Source of the DNA: a virus
DNA length: 64,000 nucleotides
Reading direction: 5' to 3' (one strand)
IMG/VR virus record: IMGVR_UViG_3300032271_000682
Coordinates: 1-64,000 of that record
Position 1 is the first letter of the stretch; each line of letters begins with the position of its first letter. The notes under the pieces are model-generated. The model searched no databases. It was not told the origin of the DNA and saw only the letters and a list, made by a program, of their open reading frames with translations. The translations under genes were made by a program, and so were the position numbers. Positions 40,053 through 48,765 of this stretch are shown in pieces.

Positions 40053-40083
40053 ATACACATACACTAGAGAAAAGGAAGTAAAA

Positions 40084-40236
40084 ATGTTCAAGCTAATTTA
40101 TGTCGATACTAAAGCTGATTTCACCAAAAAAGGTGAAGTTCTCACGTTCCCCACTCAACGAGATGCGGAATTTTACGTTCATTTTTATCATATGAATCAT
40201 TCAAACTATAACGTACAAGTTGCGTCTGTCAAATAG
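40084..40236 (+). CDS. Early hypothetical protein (50 aa)
   Basis: SD aaggaa before ATG 40084; the track's TTG start is the -35 box. Confidence 0.7.
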   Translation: MFKLIYVDTKADFTKKGEVLTFPTQRDAEFYVHFYHMNHSNYNVQVASVK

Positions 40237-40241
40237 TTTGC

Positions 40242-40270
40242 TTGACAATAAATCCATTTTCCTGTAAAAT
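40242..40270 (+). promoter_or_regulatory. Early sigma70 promoter
   Basis: TTGACA-17-TAAAAT; near-duplicate of the 40024 promoter/leader. Confidence 0.8.
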
Positions 40271-40302
40271 ACACACATACACTCAAAAACAAGGAATTAA
40301 AC

Positions 40303-40530
40303 ATGAATCAAAAAGTCGCTCAAGAACTTTCCGCTCAGTTTCAGATCAAAATGACTGACGCTGCCGATGTTCAGTATCATGCCGGTCTTGCTAAACGTCG
40401 TCTAGAGACTGCCTTAGAAAATGCTCGTTTAGCATGGGAATCAATCATCGATGACGAGCGGGCATTACGCGCTCTTTACGTAGGTCGTCTTGAGGGCTGG
40501 AAGGGAAAATCTTGGTATACTGGCGTTTAA
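40303..40530 (+). CDS. Early hypothetical protein
   Basis: SD aaggaattaaacATG. Confidence 0.7.
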   Translation: MNQKVAQELSAQFQIKMTDAADVQYHAGLAKRRLETALENARLAWESIIDDERALRALYVGRLEGWKGKSWYTGV

Positions 40531-40571
40531 GCGGTATTCAATAAACACACACTCACATAAAGGAATTAAAC

Positions 40572-40838
40572 ATGAAAGCAAAAATCACTCTTTTGTATTA
40601 CACGGATCCTGGTCATGGCTGGCTTCGCGTGCCGCTTAAAACTCTCACTAAACTGGGCATCGCCGATAAAATCACTTCATTTTCTTATAAACGAACTGAG
40701 TACGCTTATCTTGAAGAAGATCAAGATATGACAACTTTTCTTCTGGCAATGAACGAAAAGGGCGTTGAAGTTGCTCGTAAAAATCGCAATACTAATCGCG
40801 AATCTCGTATTCGTAAGTATGAGTCATACACAGTTTAA
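40572..40838 (+). CDS. Early hypothetical protein (DPGHGWL...YLEED motif)
   Basis: SD aaggaattaaacATG; conserved-looking motifs. Confidence 0.7.
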   Translation: MKAKITLLYYTDPGHGWLRVPLKTLTKLGIADKITSFSYKRTEYAYLEEDQDMTTFLLAMNEKGVEVARKNRNTNRESRIRKYESYTV

Positions 40839-40863
40839 TCTGTCACAATCAAAGGATTTCACA

Positions 40864-41082
40864 ATGAATGCAGTCTATTTGCTAATGATGCGTTATACTC
40901 TTGACGGCGAAACGGCACTTGATGATGTTGATATTGATCAAGTGGGTAACATGGTCATTGGCGTATATCTTTCTCAAGAAAACGCAGTTGCCGAAATGGA
41001 AAAAACTAAAAAAGAATCTCAGTATCAGGATGACGTAGAATACTACGTTGACTATAAACAAATTCGTGATTCAGTCGTTTAA
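40864..41082 (+). CDS. Early hypothetical protein
   Basis: SD aagga before ATG 40864; contains IGVYLSQENA. Confidence 0.65.
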   Translation: MNAVYLLMMRYTLDGETALDDVDIDQVGNMVIGVYLSQENAVAEMEKTKKESQYQDDVEYYVDYKQIRDSVV

Positions 41083-41094
41083 TCGGGAAATTAA

Positions 41095-41301
41095 ATGTTC
41101 GAGACAATTTTAGGTAGCATGATTTACATTTTAGCGTTTGCGATTGGCTGGATGGGCGGTGTTAGATCGTTTGATAACGGTTGGATTGGCATTGCTATAG
41201 TAGCTGGGGGTATTGCGCTTACTGTAATTAGTATCAAATCAATGTTCAAATCAATGTTAACCGATATGGAAGAAAAAAGGAAAGTAAAACAAAATGATTG
41301 A
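41095..41301 (+). CDS. Small two-TM membrane protein
   Basis: Two hydrophobic segments and a basic tail. Confidence 0.65.
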   Translation: MFETILGSMIYILAFAIGWMGGVRSFDNGWIGIAIVAGGIALTVISIKSMFKSMLTDMEEKRKVKQND

Positions 41302-41401
41302 CATTATACGCTCTACATCTCACGCTTTCAGTTGGCTCAGCACCAAACAAGTGTGTCAACGCTGGTCGGCATACTACTCAGCAATTAACTGGAGTTAAAG
41401 A

Positions 41402-41569
41402 ATGAGTTTCATGAGAGAAGCGGTTCGAGAATGGACTTGGAATGTCGGGCAAGATCGATCAGATCAACAGTGGATTCTTTCTGCCTATGACACATGGGAA
41501 CGTAATCCGCATTATCACGGACTCGATCAAGGTCATCCGGAAGATGACTATTATGAAGATGAAGAGTAA
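41402..41569 (+). CDS. Small acidic Trp-rich protein (55 aa; missing from the ORF track)
   Basis: SD ggag; MSFMREAVREWTWNVGQDRSDQQWILSAYDTWERNPHYHGLDQGHPEDDYYEDEE. Confidence 0.7.
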   Translation: MSFMREAVREWTWNVGQDRSDQQWILSAYDTWERNPHYHGLDQGHPEDDYYEDEE

Positions 41570-41586
41570 TTCGGTCAATGTAATCA

Positions 41587-41615
41587 TTGACAATAAATCG
41601 CTTTCGTAATATAAT
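41587..41615 (+). promoter_or_regulatory. Early sigma70 promoter
   Basis: Perfect TTGACA-17-TATAAT. Confidence 0.85.
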
Positions 41616-41643
41616 TACTACTTACTTACTTCAAGGAAATTAC

Positions 41644-42744
41644 ATGGCACAGTCATCAACTGACAGTTATTCAGTCAATGCCGTTTTGGCACAAAAAGCA
41701 ATTCTAGGATGTTTCGAGGCGGATTTATCTGCATTTATTTGGGGACCCCCAGGAATTGGTAAATCAGAATTAGTTGCCAAAATCGCTGAAGAAGGCGGTG
41801 GGCATATCATCGATATGCGTATGGCTCAAATGGAACCCACTGATTTACGTGGCATTCCATTCTTCAATCAAATTACTAAAAAAATGGATTGGGCTGACCC
41901 ATCTGAATTGCCAAGCGAAGAACTTGCCAGCAAATATCCATTCGTCATCTTATTCTTAGATGAAATGAATAGTGCCCCTAGTACCGTTCAGGGCGCCGCA
42001 TATCAATTGATCTTAAATGGTCGAATTGGTACATATGTAAAACCAAAAAATGTAAGAATTGTAGCCGCCGGTAATCGAGATAGTGATCGTGGTGTTACTT
42101 ATCGTATGCCAATGCCATTGGCTAATCGATTTATTCATATTGAAATGAAACCAGATTTTGCTTCTTGGCAAGAATGGGCAATGATGAACGATGTTCATCA
42201 GGACGTAGTGTCATACTTGTCATATGCAAAACAACATATGTATGATTTTGATGCTAAATCTAGCAGCAAAGCATTTGCCACTCCTCGCTCATGGGGTTTT
42301 GTTAGTAAGTTTCTGTATACATGTACTGACCCAGAAACTTTATACACATTAGTTGCTGGTTCTGTAGGCGAGGGATTAGCTACATCTTTGATGGCTCATC
42401 GTAAAATTGCTTCTAAACTTCCAAATGCCGCTGATATTTTATCGGGTAAAGTAACAACATTGGAAACTAAAGAAATTTCAGCTCAATATTCATTGACAGT
42501 TTCTTTATGTTACGAAATGAAAGATATTACTGATAACAAACGAGCTACTCGTGATGAATTCAATAAAATCTTTGATAACTTTCTTGGTTATATGTTAGCT
42601 AATTTTGAACCAGATTTGATTATTCTTGGTGGAAGAACTGCTCTCAAGACATATAAATTAGACTTTGATGTTACTAAACTTACTAATTTTGAAACTTTTC
42701 ATAAAAAATACGGACGACACATTCTTTCGGCTGTAAAAAAGTAA
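41644..42744 (+). CDS. MoxR-like AAA+ ATPase
   Basis: GPPGIGKS, LFLDEMN, AAGN, LANRF, TPRSW. SD aaggaa before ATG 41644. Confidence 0.9.
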   Translation: MAQSSTDSYSVNAVLAQKAILGCFEADLSAFIWGPPGIGKSELVAKIAEEGGGHIIDMRMAQMEPTDLRGIPFFNQITKKMDWADPSELPSEELASKYPFVILFLDEMNSAPSTVQGAAYQLILNGRIGTYVKPKNVRIVAAGNRDSDRGVTYRMPMPLANRFIHIEMKPDFASWQEWAMMNDVHQDVVSYLSYAKQHMYDFDAKSSSKAFATPRSWGFVSKFLYTCTDPETLYTLVAGSVGEGLATSLMAHRKIASKLPNAADILSGKVTTLETKEISAQYSLTVSLCYEMKDITDNKRATRDEFNKIFDNFLGYMLANFEPDLIILGGRTALKTYKLDFDVTKLTNFETFHKKYGRHILSAVKK

Positions 42745-42765
42745 TCAATCATTTACGGAGAAATA

Positions 42766-44016
42766 ATGAGTAATATTCACGCCAATAGTACACATAAAAA
42801 AAAGAATGACAAATTTTCTAATTTAATCGGCAAAACTGATTTAAAAATTGACGAAAAAGCTCGTGATATGTTACTCATGGCACGAGTGAGTTTGTTAATC
42901 AATCATCCATTTTTTGGAAACTTAGCCACTCGTCTTAGAATGGTTAATGCTGATGAATGGTGTAGCACTGCTGCTACTGATGGTCGATTCTTTTATTACA
43001 ATAGTCGATTCATTACAATGTTGCGTGAAAAAGAAGTTGAATTTCTTTTTGGACACGAAGTGTTGCACGTAGTCTACGATCACATTGGTCGTACTGAACA
43101 TCGTGATCATGAATTGTTTAATATTGCTAATGATTATGTGGTTAATGCTGATTTACGGCGACACAAAATCGGAGAATTCATTACATCAGTTCCTTGTTTG
43201 TATGAAGTAAAATACGATGGAAAGGCTAGCGAATGGGTCTACGATGATCTACTGAAAAATGCTCAACACATTGACATTAATTCTCTTATCGAACAAATGA
43301 TTGATCAACATCTTGAAGGTGAAGATGATGACTCAGAAGAGGGAAAGGGTCCAGCCAAAATGACACAGGCTGAACGAGATGAATTACGTCAAGAAATTAA
43401 ACAAAGCATTATCAGCGCAGCACAATATGCATCAGCGGGTGAATTGCCTAAGGGGGTAGCTCGTTTATTAAATCAGTTTACTAATCCAACAATGCCATGG
43501 CAAGAATTGATTCAGACCAACTTGACTTCTTCCATTAAAAATGATTATTCTTTTTCTAGACCTAATCGTCGCGGCTGGCATCTAGATGCTGTTTTGCCAA
43601 GTATGACTCCGGGAGAAGAAATAGATGTATGTATCGCTCTTGATATGTCTGGTAGTATTTCTACTAAAGTTGGAAATCAATTTATCAGCGAAGTCGCTGG
43701 AATGATGGATATGTTTGCTGGCTATAAGATTCATATTTTTTGTTTCGACACAAATGTATATGCTGAGGCTGATTTTGATAGTCAGAATTTGGAAACTATC
43801 GATGAGTATAAACCAAAGGGTGGCGGCGGTACTGACTTTACTGCGATCTTTAATCATCTTAAAAATCGTGGAGAACCAGTAAATCGTTTAATCGTATTTA
43901 CTGATGGTCTGCCTTTTGGAAGTTGGGGAACAGAAGATTTCTGTGATACAACTTGGATCATTCATGGAAGTAAAGATATTATTCCTCCATGGGGAACCTA
44001 CGCTTATTTTGATTAA
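42766..44016 (+). CDS. Metallopeptidase-like / vWA domain protein (DUF2201-type), partner of the AAA ATPase
   Basis: TAATDG, HEVLH, NIANDYVVN; DMSGS MIDAS motif, GGGGTDF, FTDG. Confidence 0.88.
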   Translation: MSNIHANSTHKKKNDKFSNLIGKTDLKIDEKARDMLLMARVSLLINHPFFGNLATRLRMVNADEWCSTAATDGRFFYYNSRFITMLREKEVEFLFGHEVLHVVYDHIGRTEHRDHELFNIANDYVVNADLRRHKIGEFITSVPCLYEVKYDGKASEWVYDDLLKNAQHIDINSLIEQMIDQHLEGEDDDSEEGKGPAKMTQAERDELRQEIKQSIISAAQYASAGELPKGVARLLNQFTNPTMPWQELIQTNLTSSIKNDYSFSRPNRRGWHLDAVLPSMTPGEEIDVCIALDMSGSISTKVGNQFISEVAGMMDMFAGYKIHIFCFDTNVYAEADFDSQNLETIDEYKPKGGGGTDFTAIFNHLKNRGEPVNRLIVFTDGLPFGSWGTEDFCDTTWIIHGSKDIIPPWGTYAYFD

Positions 44017-44085
44017 AAATATTTTACTCTCTTAAATTAGTCATAAATATTTTAAGATATTTCTAACTAATTCAAGGAGAGTAAT

Positions 44086-44853
44086 ATGGCAAAATTTATC
44101 AAGCACGTAGGTAAGATCGGTGATAGAAAAGTAGCAGTTGTATTCAGAGAAATTCCAAATGAGGAATGGATGTGTCTGGTAGTTTATACTGAAACATTAA
44201 ATCAAAACATTCATGATCCTCTTATTACATGTATTGAGAGTGAGCCAGCTCAACGAATGGATAACTTGGCAGATGCGTTGAACAAAAATTATACTCGTGA
44301 TGGTAAAATTTTGTTACAGGTTTTGCATGCCGAGGGTATGATGAAGAAAGTTCAAACAAGTCAAGTATTAATGACTCCAGCTCCAAATCAAGCAATTAGA
44401 TTAAGTGAACTCAACAGCATCATGAATGAAATGAGCAAGGGCGAAGATGCGGTCAAACGTTTGGCTGAGTTAGATGCTAGTCGTGGTCTTCAAGATCCAA
44501 AAGATATTGCTCGTCGTATGCGTGAGAATCAAGAGCGTGAAGTAGCATCAAGAGACAATCGTAGTATTCCATCTACTAACGATGTAATTGGCGACAGTGA
44601 TTTAGCTCGTCAGCGTTTACAACAAGCTGAAAAAATGGCAGCAGAAGCTCGTGGATTATTAGCTGAAAGTGAAAGACTAACTCAAGAAGCCTATGGAATG
44701 GATAGTAGTTTGAATCCAGTTAAAGACAAAGTCAAAAAGACAGTAGATAAAACTACTAAGAAAGCGGCAGAGCCATTATCAGTATCGCAGATTTTGGCAG
44801 AACAAGCTCCTAGAAAAGCTGGTCGTCCTCGTAAGGCAACCGTAACAGGATAA
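44086..44853 (+). CDS. Hypothetical protein (late box upstream)
   Basis: 255 aa; CATAAATA at 44042; SD aaggaga; basic C-terminal tail. Confidence 0.65.
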   Translation: MAKFIKHVGKIGDRKVAVVFREIPNEEWMCLVVYTETLNQNIHDPLITCIESEPAQRMDNLADALNKNYTRDGKILLQVLHAEGMMKKVQTSQVLMTPAPNQAIRLSELNSIMNEMSKGEDAVKRLAELDASRGLQDPKDIARRMRENQEREVASRDNRSIPSTNDVIGDSDLARQRLQQAEKMAAEARGLLAESERLTQEAYGMDSSLNPVKDKVKKTVDKTTKKAAEPLSVSQILAEQAPRKAGRPRKATVTG

Positions 44854-44857
44854 TACA

Positions 44858-45157
44858 ATGTCTCCAGAAGTTTTCGCAAAGTGGGAACATATAATTGACG
44901 GAGTAGAAAAGACTAAAATACCCATCAAATTCGTCGAGAAACTCATTCTTAAGCTAGATGGTCGCAAACAAAAAACAATTAATATTAAAAAATTGTTTAG
45001 TCAGGGTCTTGAAGCTGAAGAAATTGAAATGGCAGTTGTTCGTAAATTAGACGAATATGATGAAGAAATGGTTGGTATTGAGTTTGTTCTAGATTATCAG
45101 GGAATTGCCGACACTGTACAGCCAGAAATTGATGATCTCTTAAAATCGGTCAAATAG
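44858..45157 (+). CDS. Hypothetical protein
   Basis: 99-aa ORF with SD agga. Confidence 0.6.
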   Translation: MSPEVFAKWEHIIDGVEKTKIPIKFVEKLILKLDGRKQKTINIKKLFSQGLEAEEIEMAVVRKLDEYDEEMVGIEFVLDYQGIADTVQPEIDDLLKSVK

Positions 45158-45160
45158 AAT

Positions 45161-45189
45161 TTGACAAGACATTGTAATAATGTCATAAT
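45161..45189 (+). promoter_or_regulatory. sigma70 promoter for the thyX operon
   Basis: TTGACA-17-CATAAT. Confidence 0.7.
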
Positions 45190-45209
45190 ATCGTTTTAGA
45201 GAATATTCA

Positions 45210-45884
45210 ATGAAAGTTAAATTAATTAGTTATTCGCAACCAAGTCAAGAAGTCTTAGAAGAAGGTTTAAAAGACGCTCAAGACTTGGTTGCTTTTTGTG
45301 CGCGAGTGTCAAATCCAAGTAATCAAATGAACACTGAGACTAGTGAAAAGTTGATTAAATATCTGATCAAACATAAGCACTGGTCTCCAATGGAAATGGT
45401 GTCTGTATGTTTAGAAATAGAAACTACTAGAGATATCGGACGTCAATTACTTCGTCATAGATCATTTTCGTTTCAAGAATTCTCACAACGATATGCTGAT
45501 CCAACAAAGGACTTGAGCTTTGTCGTTCGCGAAGCTAGACTTCAAGATACAAAAAATCGTCAAAACAGTGTTGCTCTAGATATGACTAATGATGATCAAC
45601 GTCGCATTGCCTATCAATGGGAACAAGGTCAGCTAAATCTAACAAAACAAGCACAAGAATTATATACTTGGGCAATCTCAAAAGGTATTGCCAAAGAACA
45701 AGCACGTGCAGTGTTACCTGAGGGACTGACGATGAGTAGATTGTATGTTAATGGACCACTACGTAGCTGGATTCATTATATTGAAGTTCGCGCTGATGAA
45801 AGTACTCAACTTGAGCATCGCGAGATTGCAATTGAATGTGCTAGAGTAATTGCCAAAGTATTTCCATTAATATCGGATTTATAA
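45210..45884 (+). CDS. thyX: Flavin-dependent thymidylate synthase
   Basis: HWSPME, RQLLRHRSFSFQEFSQRY (RHRx7S motif), AKEQARAVLP, LRSW.H...R, QLEHR. Confidence 0.95.
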   Translation: MKVKLISYSQPSQEVLEEGLKDAQDLVAFCARVSNPSNQMNTETSEKLIKYLIKHKHWSPMEMVSVCLEIETTRDIGRQLLRHRSFSFQEFSQRYADPTKDLSFVVREARLQDTKNRQNSVALDMTNDDQRRIAYQWEQGQLNLTKQAQELYTWAISKGIAKEQARAVLPEGLTMSRLYVNGPLRSWIHYIEVRADESTQLEHREIAIECARVIAKVFPLISDL

Positions 45885-46207
45885 TGGCATTTATGGCACC
45901 CAGTCAGGAAGAGCGGCGTAAGCCTCCGTCGTTTAGGCGAGTCGGTGATCTAGTAGTTGAAGAGTCTGACATGCTAGTTTATGAATTTGTAATAGATAAT
46001 ATAACAGAATCAAATCCAACGGCAGCTGCCTATTGGCAATTAGAAGATTGGCTAAAGACAGATTCTGGGCAATGGATACTTGAACATTCGGTAGACGAGC
46101 CGTATATATTGTGGTACGAAAATGCCATATACGGTGGGTATACATATCGTATAATGGTCAGACTACGCAAACAAGATCAAACTTATTTCGCATTGAAATA
46201 TAAATGA
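45884..46207 (+). CDS. Hypothetical protein ending in FALKY
   Basis: Coupled ORF; paralog-like to the next gene. Confidence 0.65.
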   Translation: MAFMAPSQEERRKPPSFRRVGDLVVEESDMLVYEFVIDNITESNPTAAAYWQLEDWLKTDSGQWILEHSVDEPYILWYENAIYGGYTYRIMVRLRKQDQTYFALKYK

Positions 46208-46228
46208 AAACTATTAATCGGATTTATA

Positions 46229-46564
46229 ATGTCAACTAGTGTGGATAATGATTATACTTATACAGACTGTGGTTATCCAATTGAATACAAAATAGTCGAA
46301 GATAAAGTAAAGAAAATTATACCAGTACTGGTATATAAATTTGAGTATGACGCGTACGGTGGTGTACATGGAGCCAATCCATTATGGACTTCACAATTTC
46401 AACATTGGAGACTTGGAGAAGAATCAACATGGCTCATGGAACATAGAGTTGGAGATATTAAATTATTCAAATACGTGAATCCTGATACATACTCAGATAT
46501 GATGGGAGTCGTAGTTAAATTGTACGAAGAACACGCAGTGTATCATGCACTGAAATGGAGATAA
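46229..46564 (+). CDS. Hypothetical protein ending in HALKW
   Basis: W...E..W.MEH...L..E...Y.ALKW pattern shared with 45884. Confidence 0.65.
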   Translation: MSTSVDNDYTYTDCGYPIEYKIVEDKVKKIIPVLVYKFEYDAYGGVHGANPLWTSQFQHWRLGEESTWLMEHRVGDIKLFKYVNPDTYSDMMGVVVKLYEEHAVYHALKWR

Positions 46565-46565
46565 A

Positions 46566-47546
46566 ATGAGAGTATTAGTAACCGGTGGATGTGGATTAAT
46601 TGGTCATAATGTCGTTCAACGACTAGAAGAACAGGGTCATGATGTTAGAATCATCGACAATCAAACTGACTATGGTATTATTCCAGAAGATGAACTTAAA
46701 TATGTCATGACTGAGCGTATTAAAAAGATCAGTCATAAAACTCAAATTCATAAGATTGATATTGAAAGTAAATTTACTGGAAATGTATTTGAGATGTTTC
46801 TTCCTGAAATTGTAATTCATCTTGCATCTTTCCCTAGACAAAAAGTAGTCAATGCAAACCCACGACGTGGTGCTCAAGTAATGTGCGAAGGGTTGATCAA
46901 TTTGCTAGAATTATCGGCAAAATTCAAAGTGTCAAAATTTGTATATATCAGCAGCAGCATGGTATACGGAGACTTTGAAGACGATGTTCGTGAAGATGCT
47001 ATTTGTACTCCACAAGGACAGTACGGAATTATGAAATTAGCAGGTGAGATGTTAGTTCGTGATTATAGTCGTAAACATGAATCGCTTACTCATACGATAC
47101 TCAGACCCAGTGCTGTATATGGAGAACTAGATATCGAAGACAGAGTTATCAGTAAGTTTATTCTAACTGCTATGAGAAACAATACTATTATGGTTCATGG
47201 TGCTAATACTACGTTGGATTTTACCTATGTAGATGACGCAGCAGATGGTATCGTATCAGCAACGTTTAGTGAAGTAACTAAAAACAAAACTTATAACATT
47301 ACAAAAAGTCATGGTGTCAAACTAGTAGATGCAGCAAAAATGACAATCGATATGGTAACAACTGGTAAGATATATGTTGGACCAAGAGACTTAGATTTCC
47401 CAGTTCGTGGATCACTTAACGTAGATGAGGCTCGTCAAGATTTTGGATTTAATCCAAAAATTGGAGTACAAGAAGGTTTCCATCGATACTATGAATGGCT
47501 TAGAAATAGTCCATTCTGGCAAAAAAAGATCAAATTTTCTAAATAA
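46566..47546 (+). CDS. NAD-dependent epimerase/dehydratase (extended SDR)
   Basis: VLVTGGCGLIG, HLAS, SSSMVYG, YGIMK, DFTYVDD. Confidence 0.92.
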   Translation: MRVLVTGGCGLIGHNVVQRLEEQGHDVRIIDNQTDYGIIPEDELKYVMTERIKKISHKTQIHKIDIESKFTGNVFEMFLPEIVIHLASFPRQKVVNANPRRGAQVMCEGLINLLELSAKFKVSKFVYISSSMVYGDFEDDVREDAICTPQGQYGIMKLAGEMLVRDYSRKHESLTHTILRPSAVYGELDIEDRVISKFILTAMRNNTIMVHGANTTLDFTYVDDAADGIVSATFSEVTKNKTYNITKSHGVKLVDAAKMTIDMVTTGKIYVGPRDLDFPVRGSLNVDEARQDFGFNPKIGVQEGFHRYYEWLRNSPFWQKKIKFSK

Positions 47547-47550
47547 TAGA

Positions 47551-48267
47551 TTATTGACCTAGCCCAAATTTCATACCAGTTGCTTGCTCAATAACGGACA
47601 TTGGAACTTGATATTTAGGTAAATCTTGTACCGGAAGAGTAGCATTTGGCATTAAGTACGCTTGTACTTTTTGACTATGCTTCTCTATAATTATTTTGTA
47701 TAGTCTAGTTGGAATTCCTAATCCATTACCGACTATTTGATGACCTTGATCAAAAATCCCTCCGGAAATGACGTAAAAGTCTGTTCCATTTGTCATCGCC
47801 CACTGACGCTCAAATGTTTCTAATTGTTTCCATATTCCTCTGTTATTATTTGCTACTTGAGGAACCATATTGCTTAAATTAAAACTCTCACTCATTATTT
47901 GATCATTCTGAGTATTGTTTCCAGCTGGCGACATATGACCACGATCATGAGTTTTCCCCACAATAGCATAATCAGATAGACTAGCAGAACATTGCGGCGT
48001 AACCATTGCATCTGGATGAAAGTTATCTCTGCGTTTGGCTGGCCCACTAATTTCTGCTATTGTTAAATGTTCAAATACGGCGATTGGCGCTTTGACATCA
48101 CAACGATGAATCACCGCATAATTCATATGACAAATTTCTTGATCACCTTGATGAATTTGATACTGTGGTGTTCCGTTGACCGTGAATTGAGGGCACTGAT
48201 TGTCAATTGTGCCAGCTAACGATGACATTGACCATAGCAATATTATTAGAGAGACAATGTGTTTCAT
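47551..48267 (-). CDS. Secreted DNA/RNA non-specific endonuclease (NucA/EndoG family)
   Basis: Signal peptide MKHIVSLIILLWSMSSLA; DRGHMSP, SFNLSNMVPQ...NRGIWKQLE. SD aagga before ATG 48267. Confidence 0.9.
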   Translation of the reverse strand: MKHIVSLIILLWSMSSLAGTIDNQCPQFTVNGTPQYQIHQGDQEICHMNYAVIHRCDVKAPIAVFEHLTIAEISGPAKRRDNFHPDAMVTPQCSASLSDYAIVGKTHDRGHMSPAGNNTQNDQIMSESFNLSNMVPQVANNNRGIWKQLETFERQWAMTNGTDFYVISGGIFDQGHQIVGNGLGIPTRLYKIIIEKHSQKVQAYLMPNATLPVQDLPKYQVPMSVIEQATGMKFGLGQ

Positions 48268-48316
48268 GATTATCCTTTGTATATTGTATTTATATACAAA
48301 CGATAAATACTTAACT

Positions 48317-48706
48317 ATGAGACTATTTGAATTCGATGAATCATCCACTAAAATACCCAAACTCAATGAGTTTGTAAAATGGGTGTGTAAGAAAATAGGC
48401 GCAAAAGATTGCCCAACTGTAAAGTATGGCACTAGTTTAGATAAAGTAAAACAACTTAGAACTTTTGGTAGCACAACTAGTAACGGTGATATATGGGTTC
48501 ACATTGAAAATAGAAACTTAGCTGACATTATGAGAACACTGTGTCATGAGATTATACATTTTAAGCAATTTGGAGCAGGCACTGCCAGCGATGATATGGA
48601 TGATAAACAACGCCAGCACATAGAAGATGAAGCCAATGCTTATGCCGGTCGATTAATGAGAGACTACGGCAAAATTCACAAAGACATATACGAAAATATC
48701 AATTAA
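48317..48706 (+). CDS. Zincin-like metallopeptidase (HExxH) with CTS-like leader
   Basis: MRLFEFDE; RTLCHEIIHFKQ...EDEANAYAG. Late box 7 nt upstream. Confidence 0.75.
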   Translation: MRLFEFDESSTKIPKLNEFVKWVCKKIGAKDCPTVKYGTSLDKVKQLRTFGSTTSNGDIWVHIENRNLADIMRTLCHEIIHFKQFGAGTASDDMDDKQRQHIEDEANAYAGRLMRDYGKIHKDIYENIN

Positions 48707-48733
48707 GTATCCTAATCTATTTAAATAGATTAA

Positions 48734-48741
48734 GATAAATA
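48734..48741 (+). promoter_or_regulatory. Late promoter box for the mosaic polyprotein gene
   Basis: GATAAATA in the intergenic region. Confidence 0.65.
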
Positions 48742-48765
48742 CTCTATTGATTAGGATGTATAAAC

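Noticed and set aside
41294-41398. 34-codon ORF MIDIIRSTSH...
   Set aside because: Short, with no recognisable motif; the region may be regulatory (contains TTGACA without a good -10), so there is not enough support.
40024-41643. ORF-track starts at 40024 and 41587
   Set aside because: These TTG codons are the -35 TTGACA boxes; SD-led ATGs lie at 40084 and 41644.
48200-48474. Apparent overlap of the nuclease and peptidase ORFs
   Set aside because: The true starts (48267 minus, 48317 plus) make them divergent and non-overlapping.
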